DNA of 64,000 bases from Octopus vulgaris. Taxonomy: Eukaryota. The first letter of the stretch is position 1. Every line of letters starts with the position of its first letter. Below the pieces are notes generated by a model, which was not told the origin of the DNA, made no database searches, and worked only from the letters and a program-made list of their open reading frames with translations. Of the stretch, positions 27,492-40,835 are shown in pieces. The position numbers were made by a program, and so were the translations under genes. The stretch is from contig OX597824.1 of NCBI GenBank assembly GCA_951406725.2, positions 13,268,001-13,332,000 of the forward strand, written 5' to 3'.

Positions 27492-27528
27492 GTTTCTGAA
27501 GAAGAGCTCCGCGCTCGAAACGTAAAAC
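27492..27528 (+). ncRNA. Minimal type I hammerhead ribozyme motif in a PLE-type module (~27420-27630)
   Basis: gttt CTGAAGA a gagc-tccgc-gctc GAAA cg TA aaac: stem I gttt/aaac, stem II gagc/gctc, palindromic ACGT stem III. Confidence 0.75.
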
Positions 27529-27805
27529 CCTCCTTCTTCCCTTCCTTCCTGAGCGTCCAATAATACTATATTTGTTCCACGTCCCCGCGTTGTTGTGTTT
27601 TCTCTTTGTGTTTTCATGTTTGGATTAACTATATATATATAAATACACACACACAGAGGCACATTCCTTTATCTACACTCATTTGTTCTGCTTTTTTTTA
27701 TGTTTAACCCTACAGTCTCTTATGTGGTGGTTTAATAAAGTATGTGATTGAGTATTATCTGGTAAATGATATTTGATTTAGATGTATTTCTCCATTTTCT
27801 TATCT

Positions 27806-27853
<48 letters not shown>

Positions 27854-27975
27854 TGTGTGTGAGCATTTATATACATACATACACACATACATACACACAT
27901 ACATAGATACATACGTATATACATACATACATTCATACATATATACATACATACATACATACATACATTCGTATA

Positions 27976-28207
<232 letters not shown>

Positions 28208-28263
28208 AAGTATATAATACTCTACCAAGGAATTTCTATGGCTAATAAACAATAACGGCTTTA

Positions 28264-28297
<34 letters not shown>

Positions 28298-28703
28298 GTA
28301 TATATATATATATGAATACATACAGTCACATGAATATGTAATGTATTTACTTCGCTGAAATTCGTTCAATGGAAGTGGGCTACTTTCATGTGTAAAACTC
28401 AATACAGAACACGAGTGTAGATTTTCATAATTCGTTTTATATTTAATAGCTTGCATTCCAATCTTTTCGCCTTAATCGTGCAACTGAGGATTAGCTGGGG
28501 CCGACACGATGAAACGAGCTTAGTGAAAACATGTAAATGAAAATATAATGAATATCAATATATATACAAATGCACACACACACACTCACACATACAAGTA
28601 TATAATGTCTAGTAATTGCTTATGTTAAAATTCTCGACTACATATTTGATTTGAGGTTTAGTGGGTTATTTTATTGAATACCAATACTGATGTGCTCTGT
28701 GGT

Positions 28704-29079
28704 GGAAGCACTTCGTCGGTTACGACGACGAGGGTTCCGGTTGATCCGATCAGCGGAACAGCCTGCTCGTGAAATTAACGTGTAAGTGGCTGAGCACTCC
28801 ACAGACAAGTGTACCCTTAACGTAGTTCTCGGGGATATTCAGCGTGACACAGAGAGTGACAAGGCCGGCCCTTTGAAATACAGGTACAACAGAAACAGGA
28901 AGTAAGAGTGAAAGAAAGTTGTGGTGAAAGAGTACAGCAGGGATCACCACCATCCCTGCCGGAGCCTCGTGGAGCTTTAGGTGTTTTTGCTCAATAAACA
29001 CTCACAACGCCCGGTCTGGGAATCGAAACCGCGATCCTATGACCGCGAGTCTGCTGCCCTAACCACTAGGCCATTGCGT
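28704..29079 (-). mobile_element. SINE family C (head type 2, tail X)
   Basis: Minus head gcaatggcctagtggttagggcagcagactcgcggtcataggatcgcggtttcgattccc. Near-identical to 48782-49160. Confidence 0.9.
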
Positions 29080-29732
29080 TGCTCTACACGTTGACTGTAG
29101 TAACCCTTGGTGTAATCGGGTCTTCCTTTAAGTTATTAATGCTTGCTTGCTTCTTGTTTTCTTCTTTAAGGAAAAAATTATGGTATCTTCCATTAATATG
29201 CCCGCTTTAATATTTGAATCTACGTCGTCAAATATATTCCTAATCAAAGGAAATTAAATTATTCAGTTTTGAGATGGATTAGCAAGACCAGGGTCTATTC
29301 TAAAAGAAGGATATAAGGATCTGTTGATTCCCGCTTCAATTTCACAATAGAATGGCTGCAGTTAATCACGATTTTATAGAGTAACGTGGCTTTTGATAAT
29401 TTTATACGATAGCTCCTTTCATCAAAAATAAGCTACAGATCCTTTACATTTCATCAAACATTACTCCAGCCCATTGCTATGAAAATCATTTATCAACCAG
29501 TGTACTACAACCTAATTCGACTAATACACAAACGTTCTTCGACCCCTTGGGCGAATTACGCAGTTATCATGACTACTAATATGTGCTTCCGCACAATATA
29601 CAATTATAAAACATTTTGCAGCTTAGGTGACTGTTACAAGCCATTGCACTTACAGCAAGACATCTTTAGATTAGCGTTATATCCTTTTCGATCGAAGGCT
29701 TTCCTTGCTCTGAAACTTAGGTGAGTACCTAA

Positions 29733-30330
29733 GGCGGCGAGCTGGCAGAAACGTTAGCACACCGGGCGAAATGCTTAGAAGTATTTTGTCCGCTGCTACG
29801 TTCTGAGTTCAAATTCCGCCGAGGTCGACTTTGCCTTTCTTCCTTTCGGGTTCGATTAAATAAGTACCTGTTACGCACCGGGCTCGATATAATCGACTTA
29901 ATCCATTTGTCTGTCCTTGTTTGTCCTCTCTGTGTTTAGCCACTTGTGGGTAGTAAAGAAATAGGTATTTCGTCTGCCGTTACGTTCTGAGTTCAAATTT
30001 CGCCGAGGTCGACTTTGCCTTTCATCCTTTCGGTGTCGATAAATTAAGCACCAGTTACGCACTGGGGTCGATATAATCGACTTAATCCGTTTGTCTCTCC
30101 TTGTTTGTCCTCTCTGTGTTTGGCCCCTTGTTGGTAGTACGAAATAGGCATTTCGTCTGCCGCTACGTGCTGAGTTCAAATTCCGCCGAGGTCGACTTTG
30201 CCTTTCATCCTTTCGGGGTCGATAAATTAAGCACCAGTTACGTACTGGGCTCGATGTAATCGATTTAATCCCTTCGTCTGTCCTTGTTTGTCCCCTCTAT
30301 GTTTAGCCCCCTGTGGGCAATAAAGAAATA
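29733..30330 (+). mobile_element. SINE family B trimer with a single 18-bp TSD
   Basis: TSD tgaaacttaggtgagtac at 29711-29728 and 30331-30348. One head and three cores. Confidence 0.93.
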
Positions 30331-31532
30331 TGAAACTTAGGTGAGTACGTACCCAAAGATATTCCTGCTAGCTTATGCAAAAATGTTTATTTTCCTCCTT
30401 TTGTATGTACTGTTCTATGGCAAACTAACATTGATAAACATTTGTATAACATATTATCTTTACATGAATTACTTAACGCAAATTGATACATCAACGTTTG
30501 TACAACTCATTTCTACGATCTTGTTCGTGCATCTCCTTCCTTCGTACAAGCTGTTGTTTTATAAAACTTACAGCTGCTGCTTTGTATTACATTCAATAAT
30601 AATTACCTATTACTTAAACCGGACAGGTGTAGTTAGTACATTTTGGAAGAGTAGAAATAAACTCTTACGTATATATGTAAATAAAATTCCTTCATTTGTT
30701 GTCTTCTCTGTGCAAATACAAAACACACACACATATACGCACACACACATACACACCCCCACACACAGTCCCCGCCCCCACCCCGACACAGAGTAAACAA
30801 ATGTAAGTGGAATGTTGTTTCGAGCTGTTCATTCTTCTTTGCACTGCACAATATGTAGCTGTTGTATCATTCATACATAAATGGACGTACAGGATCATTA
30901 CACAACTGTTTTGACTTCATATGGAAGGATATACTGGCCACTTGAATGATCTGGACTATTTACGTACTGTTTTGGAGCTACCTGTCAGTACATATATGTG
31001 CTTCTTGGTTAACATCTTTTTTTGTTCCCCATTGTATTATACATACACACAAACATATACACACAAACACGCATACACACACATACTCACACCACACCAT
31101 ACACACACACACATAAATATGGTCGGCGTGTGGCAAAGGTAGAAGACACTCGCCCTAGGTGTCTCGCATTGGGACTAAATCCAGAACCATGTAGTTGGGA
31201 AGCAAGCTTCGTATACCATAGAGCCACACCTGCACAATATATATATATATATTTAAAAAAAGAGATGTGGAACACGAGTTGTGATATATAAAAAGGAAAT
31301 GAAGAAAATGCTAACAAAATAATTTAAGTAATTTAATTAGGTGAAAGTTCTTTTTACCGGTTGCACATTTGTTATGCTTATCAAAATATATTTTTTAAAG
31401 AGAGATTAGAGTTCCTTTTCTGATAGATTTTTTCCTCTTATCTGACTTTATGTTGGGTTTGCTGTCTCTTATATGTGAAAAAAGAGGCTCCAGAGTTGTT
31501 TTGGATTTGCTTGGTTTCGCGCCTAAAATTTC

Positions 31533-32552
31533 TTGTGGACAATGGTCAATACCCTTATAAATGGGCTCAACACAAACATTATTTTCACAATGGAATACAG
31601 CCCTCAACAAATTCCCTTCCTCGACATCCTCATTAAAATTCACAACAAAAAAATAGAAACAGACATATACTACAAGCCCACAGACTCCAAGCAATACCTC
31701 CCTTTCAATTCATGCCACCCTAGACACGTTAAAATTAACATTGCCTACAACTTAGCCAAGAGAATTTGCACTATAGTCTCCAATAAAAACACCCGTCTCT
31801 TACGTCTACAAGAACTCAAGGGCACATTAACAAGCAGGGATTACGCCACGTCACTAATTGACAATGGGATCCAACGCGCCCCAAAACTCAGCACACAGGA
31901 ACTTAGACGCCCTAAACCTGTTACATCGAAACCCCATACTCTACCATACATCTCTACACACAACCCCCTCAACAATGAAGCTTTTGACACCATCCTCCAG
32001 AACATTCCTGTATTAAAAAAGGACCATAGAATGAACCAAATCCTCCTAACACACGAAATCATAAAGAGCAAAAGGCAACCCAAATCATTGAAAACCATCC
32101 TAACAAATGCCAAAGTACTGCCAACCACAGCAACTAAACCCACAGTAAACAAATGCAATAGACCCAACTGTGGTATATGCATCAACCTAATAGAAGGTCC
32201 GGAATTCCTTTTTAAACAAGGACAACGTTTCACAGTAAAACACAACTTCACATGCACATCAGAAAACCTAGTATATGTCTTAACTTGCTCGGGCTGTAAT
32301 GAACACTACATAGGCCAAACTAAAAATAGCCTCCGCCAACGCATGACTGTACACAGATCCCAAATAAAAATACAGGAATACAGAAAAATAGCTCTTAGTG
32401 CACATATTGATACCTGTGCCGCACAACTCCATCCCAATTGTAGAATCTTTCCCCTCTACAAATTTAAAGACAATGCCACTCATACCCAGCGAATAACCAT
32501 GGAATCCCACCTTATTAATAAATACAGACCACTTCTAAACACATCCCCCTAA
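31533..32552 (+). CDS. PLE RT C-terminus/thumb, Cys-rich linker and GIY-YIG endonuclease (5'-truncated; the listed start is not native)
   Basis: IIFTME...IPFLD...TDIYYKPTD..YL.FNSCHP.H; linker CNRPNCGIC...FTC; LVYVLTCSGCNEHYIGQT...RM..H...H...E. Uninterrupted 339 aa. Confidence 0.93.
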   Translation: MWTMVNTLINGLNTNIIFTMEYSPQQIPFLDILIKIHNKKIETDIYYKPTDSKQYLPFNSCHPRHVKINIAYNLAKRICTIVSNKNTRLLRLQELKGTLTSRDYATSLIDNGIQRAPKLSTQELRRPKPVTSKPHTLPYISTHNPLNNEAFDTILQNIPVLKKDHRMNQILLTHEIIKSKRQPKSLKTILTNAKVLPTTATKPTVNKCNRPNCGICINLIEGPEFLFKQGQRFTVKHNFTCTSENLVYVLTCSGCNEHYIGQTKNSLRQRMTVHRSQIKIQEYRKIALSAHIDTCAAQLHPNCRIFPLYKFKDNATHTQRITMESHLINKYRPLLNTSP

Positions 32553-33415
32553 CACAAACCCACAACAAACACACTTACACCTGCACACACCCTACACACA
32601 CCTTTACCCAGATATTAACACCATGACACACGCAAATATATGGTTCCACACATACACATAATTGAATACGGGTGCAAAACATCCAACACTATTTTTTGGA
32701 AATGTCTGTAAATATTGACTTCACACAAACACGTTGCTTCCCGATACAGGCACAAGGCCAGCAGAACTATAAATATTGAAAATTGTACCCACACACGCAC
32801 ACATATATACACGCGCGCGCGCCCCAACATATATATAAACACACACACACACATACACACACACATACACACACACACACACGCGCACACACATACATAC
32901 ATACAGCTCTTCCTGTCCTAAACGAACTTACTTATCCAGCTCAAATTCAGTCAAGCGGAAAATACACTCCCTAACTACGCGCTGAAAAGCTATTTAAAAT
33001 ATCCACATGGCGTCTACTGACCAGCCTGAACAATAAGAATTTTCAACAACGCTATTTTCGAAAATTCTAAAGATTCACGTGACCTCTCTATTATGACCAC
33101 ATCCACGTGGCCTCTTTATTATGACCAATAAGAAATTTTAGGCGCGACACTAGCCAAATTTTAACTTCTCTGGAGCCTTTTTTCTTACTCCAACACCAAC
33201 TTCCATTCAAACATTCACGTGACCCCTTCATAATGACCAATCAAAATTGTATTGACCATTGTCCACAAGAAATTTTAGGCGCGAAACCAAGCAAATCCAA
33301 AACAACTCCTGGAGCCTCTTTTTTCACATATAAGAGACAGCAAACCCAACATAAAGTCAGATAAGAGGAAAAAATCTATCAGAAAAGGAACTCTAATCTC
33401 TCTTTAAAAAATATA

Positions 33416-33450
33416 TTTTGATAAGCATAACAAATGTGCAACCGGTAAAA
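33416..33450 (+). ncRNA. Variant minimal hammerhead-like motif in the PLE pseudo-LTR (mirror copy at ~31351-31386, minus)
   Basis: TTGATAA gcat-aacaa-atgt GCAA ccgg TA: U3/A8 covariant core, palindromic ACCGGT stem III, GCAA in place of GAAA, weak stem I. Confidence 0.45.
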
Positions 33451-33515
33451 AGAACTTCACCTAATTAAATTACTTAAATTACTTAAATTATTTTGTCAGC
33501 ATTTTCTTCCATTTC

Positions 33516-33565
<50 letters not shown>

Positions 33566-33567
<2 letters not shown>

Positions 33568-33959
33568 TCTTTTACTCTTTTTCTTGTTACAGTCATTTGA
33601 CTGCGGCCATGCTGGAGCACCGCCTTTAGTCGAGCAAATCGATCCCTGGACTTATTCTTTGTAAGCCCAGTACTTATTCTATCGGTCTCTTTTGCCGAAC
33701 CGCTAAGTGACGGAGACGTAAACACACCAGCATCGGTTGTCAAGCAATGCTAGGGGGACAGACACACAAACACATACACATACATATGTATATATGTACA
33801 TGTATACGACAGGCTTCTTTCAGTTTCCCTCTACCAAAATCCACTCACAAGGCACTGGTCGGCCCGGGGCTATAGCAGAAGACACTTGACCAAGATGCCA
33901 CGCAGTGAGACTGAACCCGGAACCATGTGGTTGGTTAGCAAGCTACTTACCATACAGCC

Positions 33960-33960
<1 letters not shown>
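33566..33960 (-). mobile_element. SINE family A
   Basis: Reverse complement of the family-A sequence. Confidence 0.9.
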
Positions 33961-34019
<59 letters not shown>

Positions 34020-34112
34020 ATATAATGAAAATTCAAGAAAAAACAAAAGACGAAGACAGGTAGTGTAGAAAACACACAGATGTATTAGTATAACGCTCGG
34101 GAATTGAAAAAA

Positions 34113-34149
34113 TCTTTAACGTTTCGAGCCTATGCTCTTCTACAGAAAG
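34113..34149 (-). ncRNA. Hammerhead-like motif with a CUGUAGA core (module ~34025-34200)
   Basis: Minus: cttt CTGTAGA a gagc-atag-gctc GAAA cg TT aaag. Downstream sequence is related to the 27420 and 48315 modules. Confidence 0.6.
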
Positions 34150-34229
34150 GAACACGGAAAGAAACAAGGAGAGAAAAAATGCGTTTAGTCGCTAGCGGTT
34201 TTATGTATATATATACGACATATATCACG

Positions 34230-34667
<438 letters not shown>

Positions 34668-35388
34668 GAAACACATAGGTGTGTTTGTGTGTGTCTGTTT
34701 CTTACATACAACCATACACGAATATTTATATCACATTGAGGAATCAATGGATACAGCAGAATAGAATATAAAATTTATCGTCGGAACGAAAAAGTTGACT
34801 GCGAATTCGAAGTTTCGCCGAGTAATCAGCGGCGAAACTTCGAAGTCTCTGATAAGATGGTGTATCTATATAATTAGAGTCATACAAAGACAATGTGTTA
34901 ATTTTGAATCATTTCGTATACGACAGGTAACCATAGTTACGAATGTTTTGATTATTTTGTCTCATAATTAATTTGACTTCTCAGAAGTGTTAGACAATAG
35001 ACGACAGTAAAGGTAACACTGCGAGAAGATCTAATCGCGATTCGTCGTCAAGGGAATGTTAGCGCTAACATATTTATTAGATTCAAAAAGACGTCTTCTG
35101 AACTAAAGTATAATTTGAAAGTATCACCATAGATAATCTTCTCTCTGAAAAATGTCGAACTCTCTGAAAATATCACAGTGCATTCATTTTCGTTTATTAC
35201 TGATTCATTCAACAGTGATCCAATTAAGAGGGTATATTTAACTCTGAACTGTTCATATTTAATAATAGGTCAGCGGTCAATCAAGGATTCTGCTTAGAAT
35301 GCAAAAGCGCACCCAAGCAATCATCCGCAACAATGAGGACAACCTGGGGGCTCAGAACGAAACATTTTCCCATATGTTTTATTATTAA

Positions 35389-35789
35389 CTAGCATTATCG
35401 CCCGGCGTTGCTCGGGTTTGTAAGGGAAATAACTATATAAGCATTTTTAGAGAGTTATAGCCAAAAAATAGCAAAAAAATGCATTAAAAATGGGAAAAAA
35501 ATGATGGTAATTTTTTTTAAAAATCGTTGACTCATCGTAGACATTTTTAGAGAGTTACTTCCCTTATATAATAGCGAAGAAAATGCATTAAAATGGGAAA
35601 AAATGATGGTAAATTTTTTTTAAATCGTAGACTCATCGTAGACGCGCGCTAATACCCAGAAGGGCTCGATATGAATCACGACTACAAGATACCCGCTTTT
35701 GGTTAAACTGCATCGCAAAATGTGGGAGTAGTTAGGAATCTAAATCGTAGGAGACAGACAGCACACAACGTCTCTTTTATATATAAAGA
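35389..35789 (-). mobile_element. Non-autonomous Helitron, family 1
   Basis: a|ctagcattatcgcccggcgttgctcggg ... tatatataaaga|t. Confidence 0.9.
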
Positions 35790-35994
35790 TTTATCGTTGA
35801 TTAATTTAACAAGTTTTCTTTAAACAAGCACCTGTGTTAAACGAAAATATGTGTCTCTATATACTGTACTAATGACACTAATGCCTCAAATGAAGAAATA
35901 ACAACGGGATAAGCACATAGAAGCCGTCAACGGTGCTGCCACTCGTCTTGAAACTAATACTGCCATGATTCTCATGAATTGTTTTAACTAATCA

Positions 35995-36828
35995 GATAGC
36001 CGAGAGACTGGGCATCTCAACTGAAAGAGCAGACAACATTGCGCCAAAAGAACTTGGGTTCTCAAAGGTTTCTGCAAGGTGGGTCCCTCGCCTTTTGACT
36101 CCTTAATAGAAACACACCAGGTGCACTTTGTCCACGAGCAATCTGGAACTGTTTGAAGCCGATGAACTGACTTTTCTTGCTCGTTTCATTACTATGGATG
36201 AAAGATGGGTTCGTCATTACCAGCCTGAAACCAAAGAACAATCAAAGGAGTGAAAGCACACATCTTCTCCTACCCCAAAGAAGGCCAGGGTCATTCCGTC
36301 AGCTGGTAAGGTCATGCCGTCAGTTTTTTTGGGGGGATTTTCAAGATATCTTGCTGATCGATTACCTTGAAAAGGGCCACACCGTGACAGAGCTGTATTA
36401 TTCTCAGAGAAGCAATCAAAGAAAAATGGCCGGGAATGCTCACCAGAGGGAGTCCTTTTTCATCACGACAATGCTCCAGCCCTCACCTCAGTGGTTGCCA
36501 TGACAACAATTCATGATTGTGGATACGAACTCCTTCCCCATCCGCCTTATGCGCCAGACTTAGCTCCCTCTGACTTTCATCTATTCCAAATATTGAAAAA
36601 AGCCCTGGCTGGTTGCCATTCTGTCAGTGACAGTGACGTCATAGGCGCTGTAGAAAGTTCCTTGGAGTCTCAAACAAAAGAGTTCCTCTACGCCTTGATA
36701 ATGGTGCTTCAGCACCGCTGGAGAAAGTGTTCATCCATCAGGGGGACTTTGTTGAAAAATAAATTATCAGAAGTCTTGTACTACGCTTTGTTTTTTTGAG
36801 GCTCAAGTCTTTTCATACACCCCTCCTA
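35995..36828 (+). mobile_element. mariner transposase pseudogene, 3' portion with right TIR
   Basis: Motifs WVPRLLT, TMDE.WV.HY.PETK.QS, HDNAPA and HPPYAPDLAPSDFHLF across frameshifts. TIR aggctcaagtcttttcatacacccctcc+ta. Confidence 0.92.
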
Positions 36829-37317
36829 AGTATGTATGTATGTATGTATGTATTTATGCACATATGTATGTGTGTATATGTATGTGCATATACATTATAC
36901 ATACATATCTATATTTGGGCTTGTGTGCTTGTATTTATATTTATCACATAACACATAGACATACATATATATGCATACATAGCTACACACTGACACAGAC
37001 ACACAGACACACAGACACACAGACATGCACCCGTGAACATATGCACAATAATATATACTGATTGATCATTCTGCAAAAAAGTCCAACGTCAGTGCGACAT
37101 CCGATATACTTAAGATAGCATTGGGTAAATGTGTTTGCTTATGCACGTCTCTGTGGGACCCTGAAACTTTGAATTCATGCTGTAGTTGTTTAACCACAGG
37201 TTAGTACTGAACGAGAAGTTGTATGAGCAAAGACACTCAAACCTTGTGTAGTTTGTTCTTTTGCCGGTATGTGGTACCACTTTATCATATGCATTATCTA
37301 TTATCTTTTATGATTTA

Positions 37318-37713
37318 CTTGCAGTATCGCCCGGCGTTGCTCGGGTTTGTAATGGAAATAACTATATAAGCATTTTGAGAGAGTTATAGCCAAAAAATAG
37401 CAAAAAAATGCATTAAAAATGGAAAAGAAATGATGGTAATTTTTTTTAAAATCGTTGACTCATCGTAGACATATTTAGAGAGTTACTTCCCTTATATAAT
37501 ATCGAAAAAATGCATTAAAACGAAAAAAATGATGGTAAATTCTTTTTTAAATCGTAGACTCATCGTAGACGCGCGCTAATACCCAGAAGGGCTCGATATG
37601 AATCACGACTATAAGATACCCGGTTTTGGTTAAACTGCATCGCAAAATGTGGGAGTAGTTAGGAATCTAAATCGTAGGAGACAGACACACAACTTCACTT
37701 TTATATATAAAGA
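37318..37713 (-). mobile_element. Non-autonomous Helitron, family 1 (3' CTAG mutated)
   Basis: Homologous to 35389-35789. Confidence 0.88.
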
Positions 37714-37754
37714 TTGGTCTCAACCAGAGACTGAGGTCATGCTCTTGCGCCGCC

Positions 37755-37915
37755 GGATCATTTCACTTTGACCGGCAGATTTTTAAAATAATTTCACAAG
37801 AAAGCCAAGAAAAAAATATGTTTTATGTAACACATTCTACCGGTATACGAAGTTTGAAAGTGTTTAGTTACAAAGAAATTATTTTAAAAACCTGCCAGTC
37901 AAAGTGAAAAGATCC
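37755..37915. mobile_element. Short GGATC-TIR MITE related to the 4356 family
   Basis: TIRs ggatcatttcactttgaccggcag / ctgccagtcaaagtgaaaagatcc. The interior (aaagccaa.a...acacattctacc.gtatacgaa) is shared with 4657-4750. Confidence 0.8.
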
Positions 37916-38172
37916 GACCGCCTTTTGGTATAATTGCTTCGCTTTTCTGTACTGTTTGTGGTCGAGTGGCGAGGTAGACGGAACTGCTCTTCTCTGTGTC
38001 TCTCCCTCTGATGTGGGCTCACCTGTCATCTCAGAAGTTTGTTCCCGGCGCTCTTTAAAGACCTCCTCATCTATACCTCGCTAATCTCTGTTGCGCTTTG
38101 GCAGAATGTTGAATAATTACCGGCGTTTTTGTTAAATATACATTTTTGTATGTCATGATGTGATTTCAGGAT

Positions 38173-38212
<40 letters not shown>

Positions 38213-38239
38213 GTATGTCAGGTTAAACACAAACCTTTC

Positions 38240-38272
<33 letters not shown>

Positions 38273-38910
38273 TGTATGTATGTATGTATGTATGTATGTA
38301 TGTATGTATGTGTGTGGACGGATGTAGGTATGTATTTGTATGGATGTATGTATATATGTAAATGAACATTCCCAGAACAATTAGATATAAACAGCACATA
38401 ATTGACAGATGAAGTCATACGAGAGATAGAAAAAGAGGGTGAGAAAGATGTCAGAAGTGAGGGCGAAAGAGGAAGAGAAAGTATGTGAAGGGGATGGAGA
38501 GAGGTGATGGGAGAAAATACACGAAACATTGGTAATAAAATAGTAAATACGGAATGACGAATAGCCTGAGAAAGGGAGAAGAAGAGGGGGTGAGACGAAA
38601 GGGAAGAAGTGTATATCTTTATATATAAAATTATGTTATATAGTGTGACAGGTTTTAAGAATGAAATACTGACATAGTTAAGCAAATTATACATACGTAT
38701 ATACAAACAAACCATGTGTGTGTGTGTGTGTAATGTGTGTATATATTGCTCTTATTTCCGTTGTTGTCGCCTGCATTATCATGAATAATATCGCTTATTG
38801 TTATTTAAGACGCAAAACAAAAGCAGCTTCCACACTATATGTATAGGTGCGTGTGTATGGTATGGGCGAAGGTGTGCGGACGAGCGAGCGAATGTTTTCC
38901 GAGAGAGAGA

Positions 38911-38995
<85 letters not shown>

Positions 38996-39525
38996 GTATT
39001 TTTAGATGGAGATTGTGGGAAAGAAATGCAAAGAAAATGTATGAGGAAGTAGCTTGCATATATATATATATATATATATTGGAAGGTTTGGAGATGATGT
39101 ACAGGTATTATATATTATATATATATATTTGTGTGTGTGTATATATATGTATATATATATATGAGAGTGTGGCTAATATGTGTGTGTATGTGTGCATATG
39201 TGTATATGCATGTGTGTGTCTGTCTGTGAATGTGTCGTGCTGTTCAAATGTAATGTTATGTTAAGCCATATATACATTATCACATTTCCCAGTGAATTAT
39301 TATGCATGAATTTCGAGCGCGTATAAGTCTATTTGCACGCGTATGTGTGCATGAATGTGCGTGTGTATAGGTGTATGCACGTGTATGTGTGAGTGCATGT
39401 ATGTGTGAGTGCATGAATGTGCGTGTGTATATGCTTGTAGCAGTATGTGCATGAAATACTTAGAATTTATGCATGTATAGCCCTACTTATAACTACACGC
39501 ATGTGTGGTATGTTGTGATCCTAAC

Positions 39526-39942
39526 TATTTCTTTACTACCCACAAGGGGCTAAACACAGAGGAGACAAACAAGGACAGACAGACGGATTAAGTCGATTAT
39601 ATCGACCCCAGTGCGTAACTGGTACTTATTTAATCAACCCTGAAAGGATGAAAGGTAAAGTCGACGTCGGCGGAATTTGAACTCAGAACGTAGCGGCAGA
39701 CGAAATACCTATTTCTTTATTACCCACAAAGGAGCTAAACATAGAGGAGACAAACAAGGACAGACATAGGTATTAAGTCGATTACATTGACCCCCAGGGC
39801 GTAACTGGTACTTAATTTATCGACCCCGAAAGGATGAAAAGCAAAGTCGACCTCAGTGGAATTTGAACTCAGAACGTAGCGGCAGACGAAATGCCGCAAA
39901 GCATTTCGCCCGGCATGCTAACGTTTCTGCTAGCTCGCCGCC
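39526..39942 (-). mobile_element. SINE family B dimer with a single 18-bp TSD
   Basis: TSD gtatgttgtgatcctaac at 39508-39525 and 39945-39962. Confidence 0.92.
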
Positions 39943-40283
39943 TTGTATGTTGTGATCCTAACATTGTGTATGTATATCCCTGTTTGTAAAGACACACATG
40001 TGTCGTGTTGAAGTGTTACGTGTGTATGTGTGTATTTTTACTTGTGGCTGAGTGTATGTGGAATGTCTTCAATGAATATAATGTGTCTCTGTACGTTTTG
40101 TTTCAATGAAAACGTGAATATGCTTCTACGCATTTAAATTCGTGAGGATTTCTATTTATTAAGGCGTCTTCTTTGTCCTGATCAAGTAGACCCGCAATCA
40201 AAGACATTCAAGCTACACCCTAACTGACTCCCCGAAACATAGTGTACTTAGTACAACATTACCCAACATATATTTTCTTTCGA

Positions 40284-40496
40284 CTGCGAGTCGTTGGAGC
40301 CTTTCACTTCGCGAACTCCGACGGCACAGCGAAAGCGAGAACGTGACACGACGTCGCCGTCTCGTTTCTGGCGGGACGGCGCTTCGAAGCATCGTTCCCG
40401 GGTCGGGTCCGCGCGTTCGCCGCGACGTTCGCGTCCGGCGTTCCCGCTCCGACTCAGGTGTAGCAGGCGGCCGGGGACCCGAAAATAATAAAACAG
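40284..40496. other. CpG-rich 213-bp insertion with a 16-bp TSD, source unknown
   Basis: atatattttctttcga at 40268-40283 and 40497-40512. The interior is strongly GC/CpG-rich with hairpins and an A-rich right end. Confidence 0.75.
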
Positions 40497-40609
40497 ATAT
40501 ATTTTCTTTCGAAGTCTGTAGAGGGCCAAGAAAAAGGTTTCTTCATTGGTTTATAATTAAGAATTTGTGTTTGTGAGTGTATATGCGTACGATGTTTTTG
40601 GTTTTTTTT

Positions 40610-40804
40610 TACTTGTTTCAGTCATTTGACTGCGGCCATGCTGGAGCACCGCCTTTAGTCGAGCAAATCGACCCCGGGACTTATTCTTTGTAAGCCCAGT
40701 ACTTATTCTATCGGTCTCTTTTGCCGAACCGCTAAGTGACGGGGACGTAAACACACCAGCATCGGTTGTCAAGCAATGCTAGGGGGACAAACACACACAC
40801 ACAA

Positions 40805-40835
<31 letters not shown>

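Larger units (their letters stand above)
31285..33520 (+). mobile_element. Penelope-like element (Neptune-like), 5'-truncated, with inverted pseudo-LTRs
   Basis: 31285-31552 is the reverse complement of 33249-33520. It encloses the RT-GIY-YIG ORF and both ends abut TA repeats. Confidence 0.92.

Noticed and set aside
40200-40500. Telomerase RNA or 28S rRNA 5' end
   Set aside because: ccctaac lies outside the TSD-bounded insert, and there is no convincing P6.1, H/ACA or ACCCGCTGAA motif.
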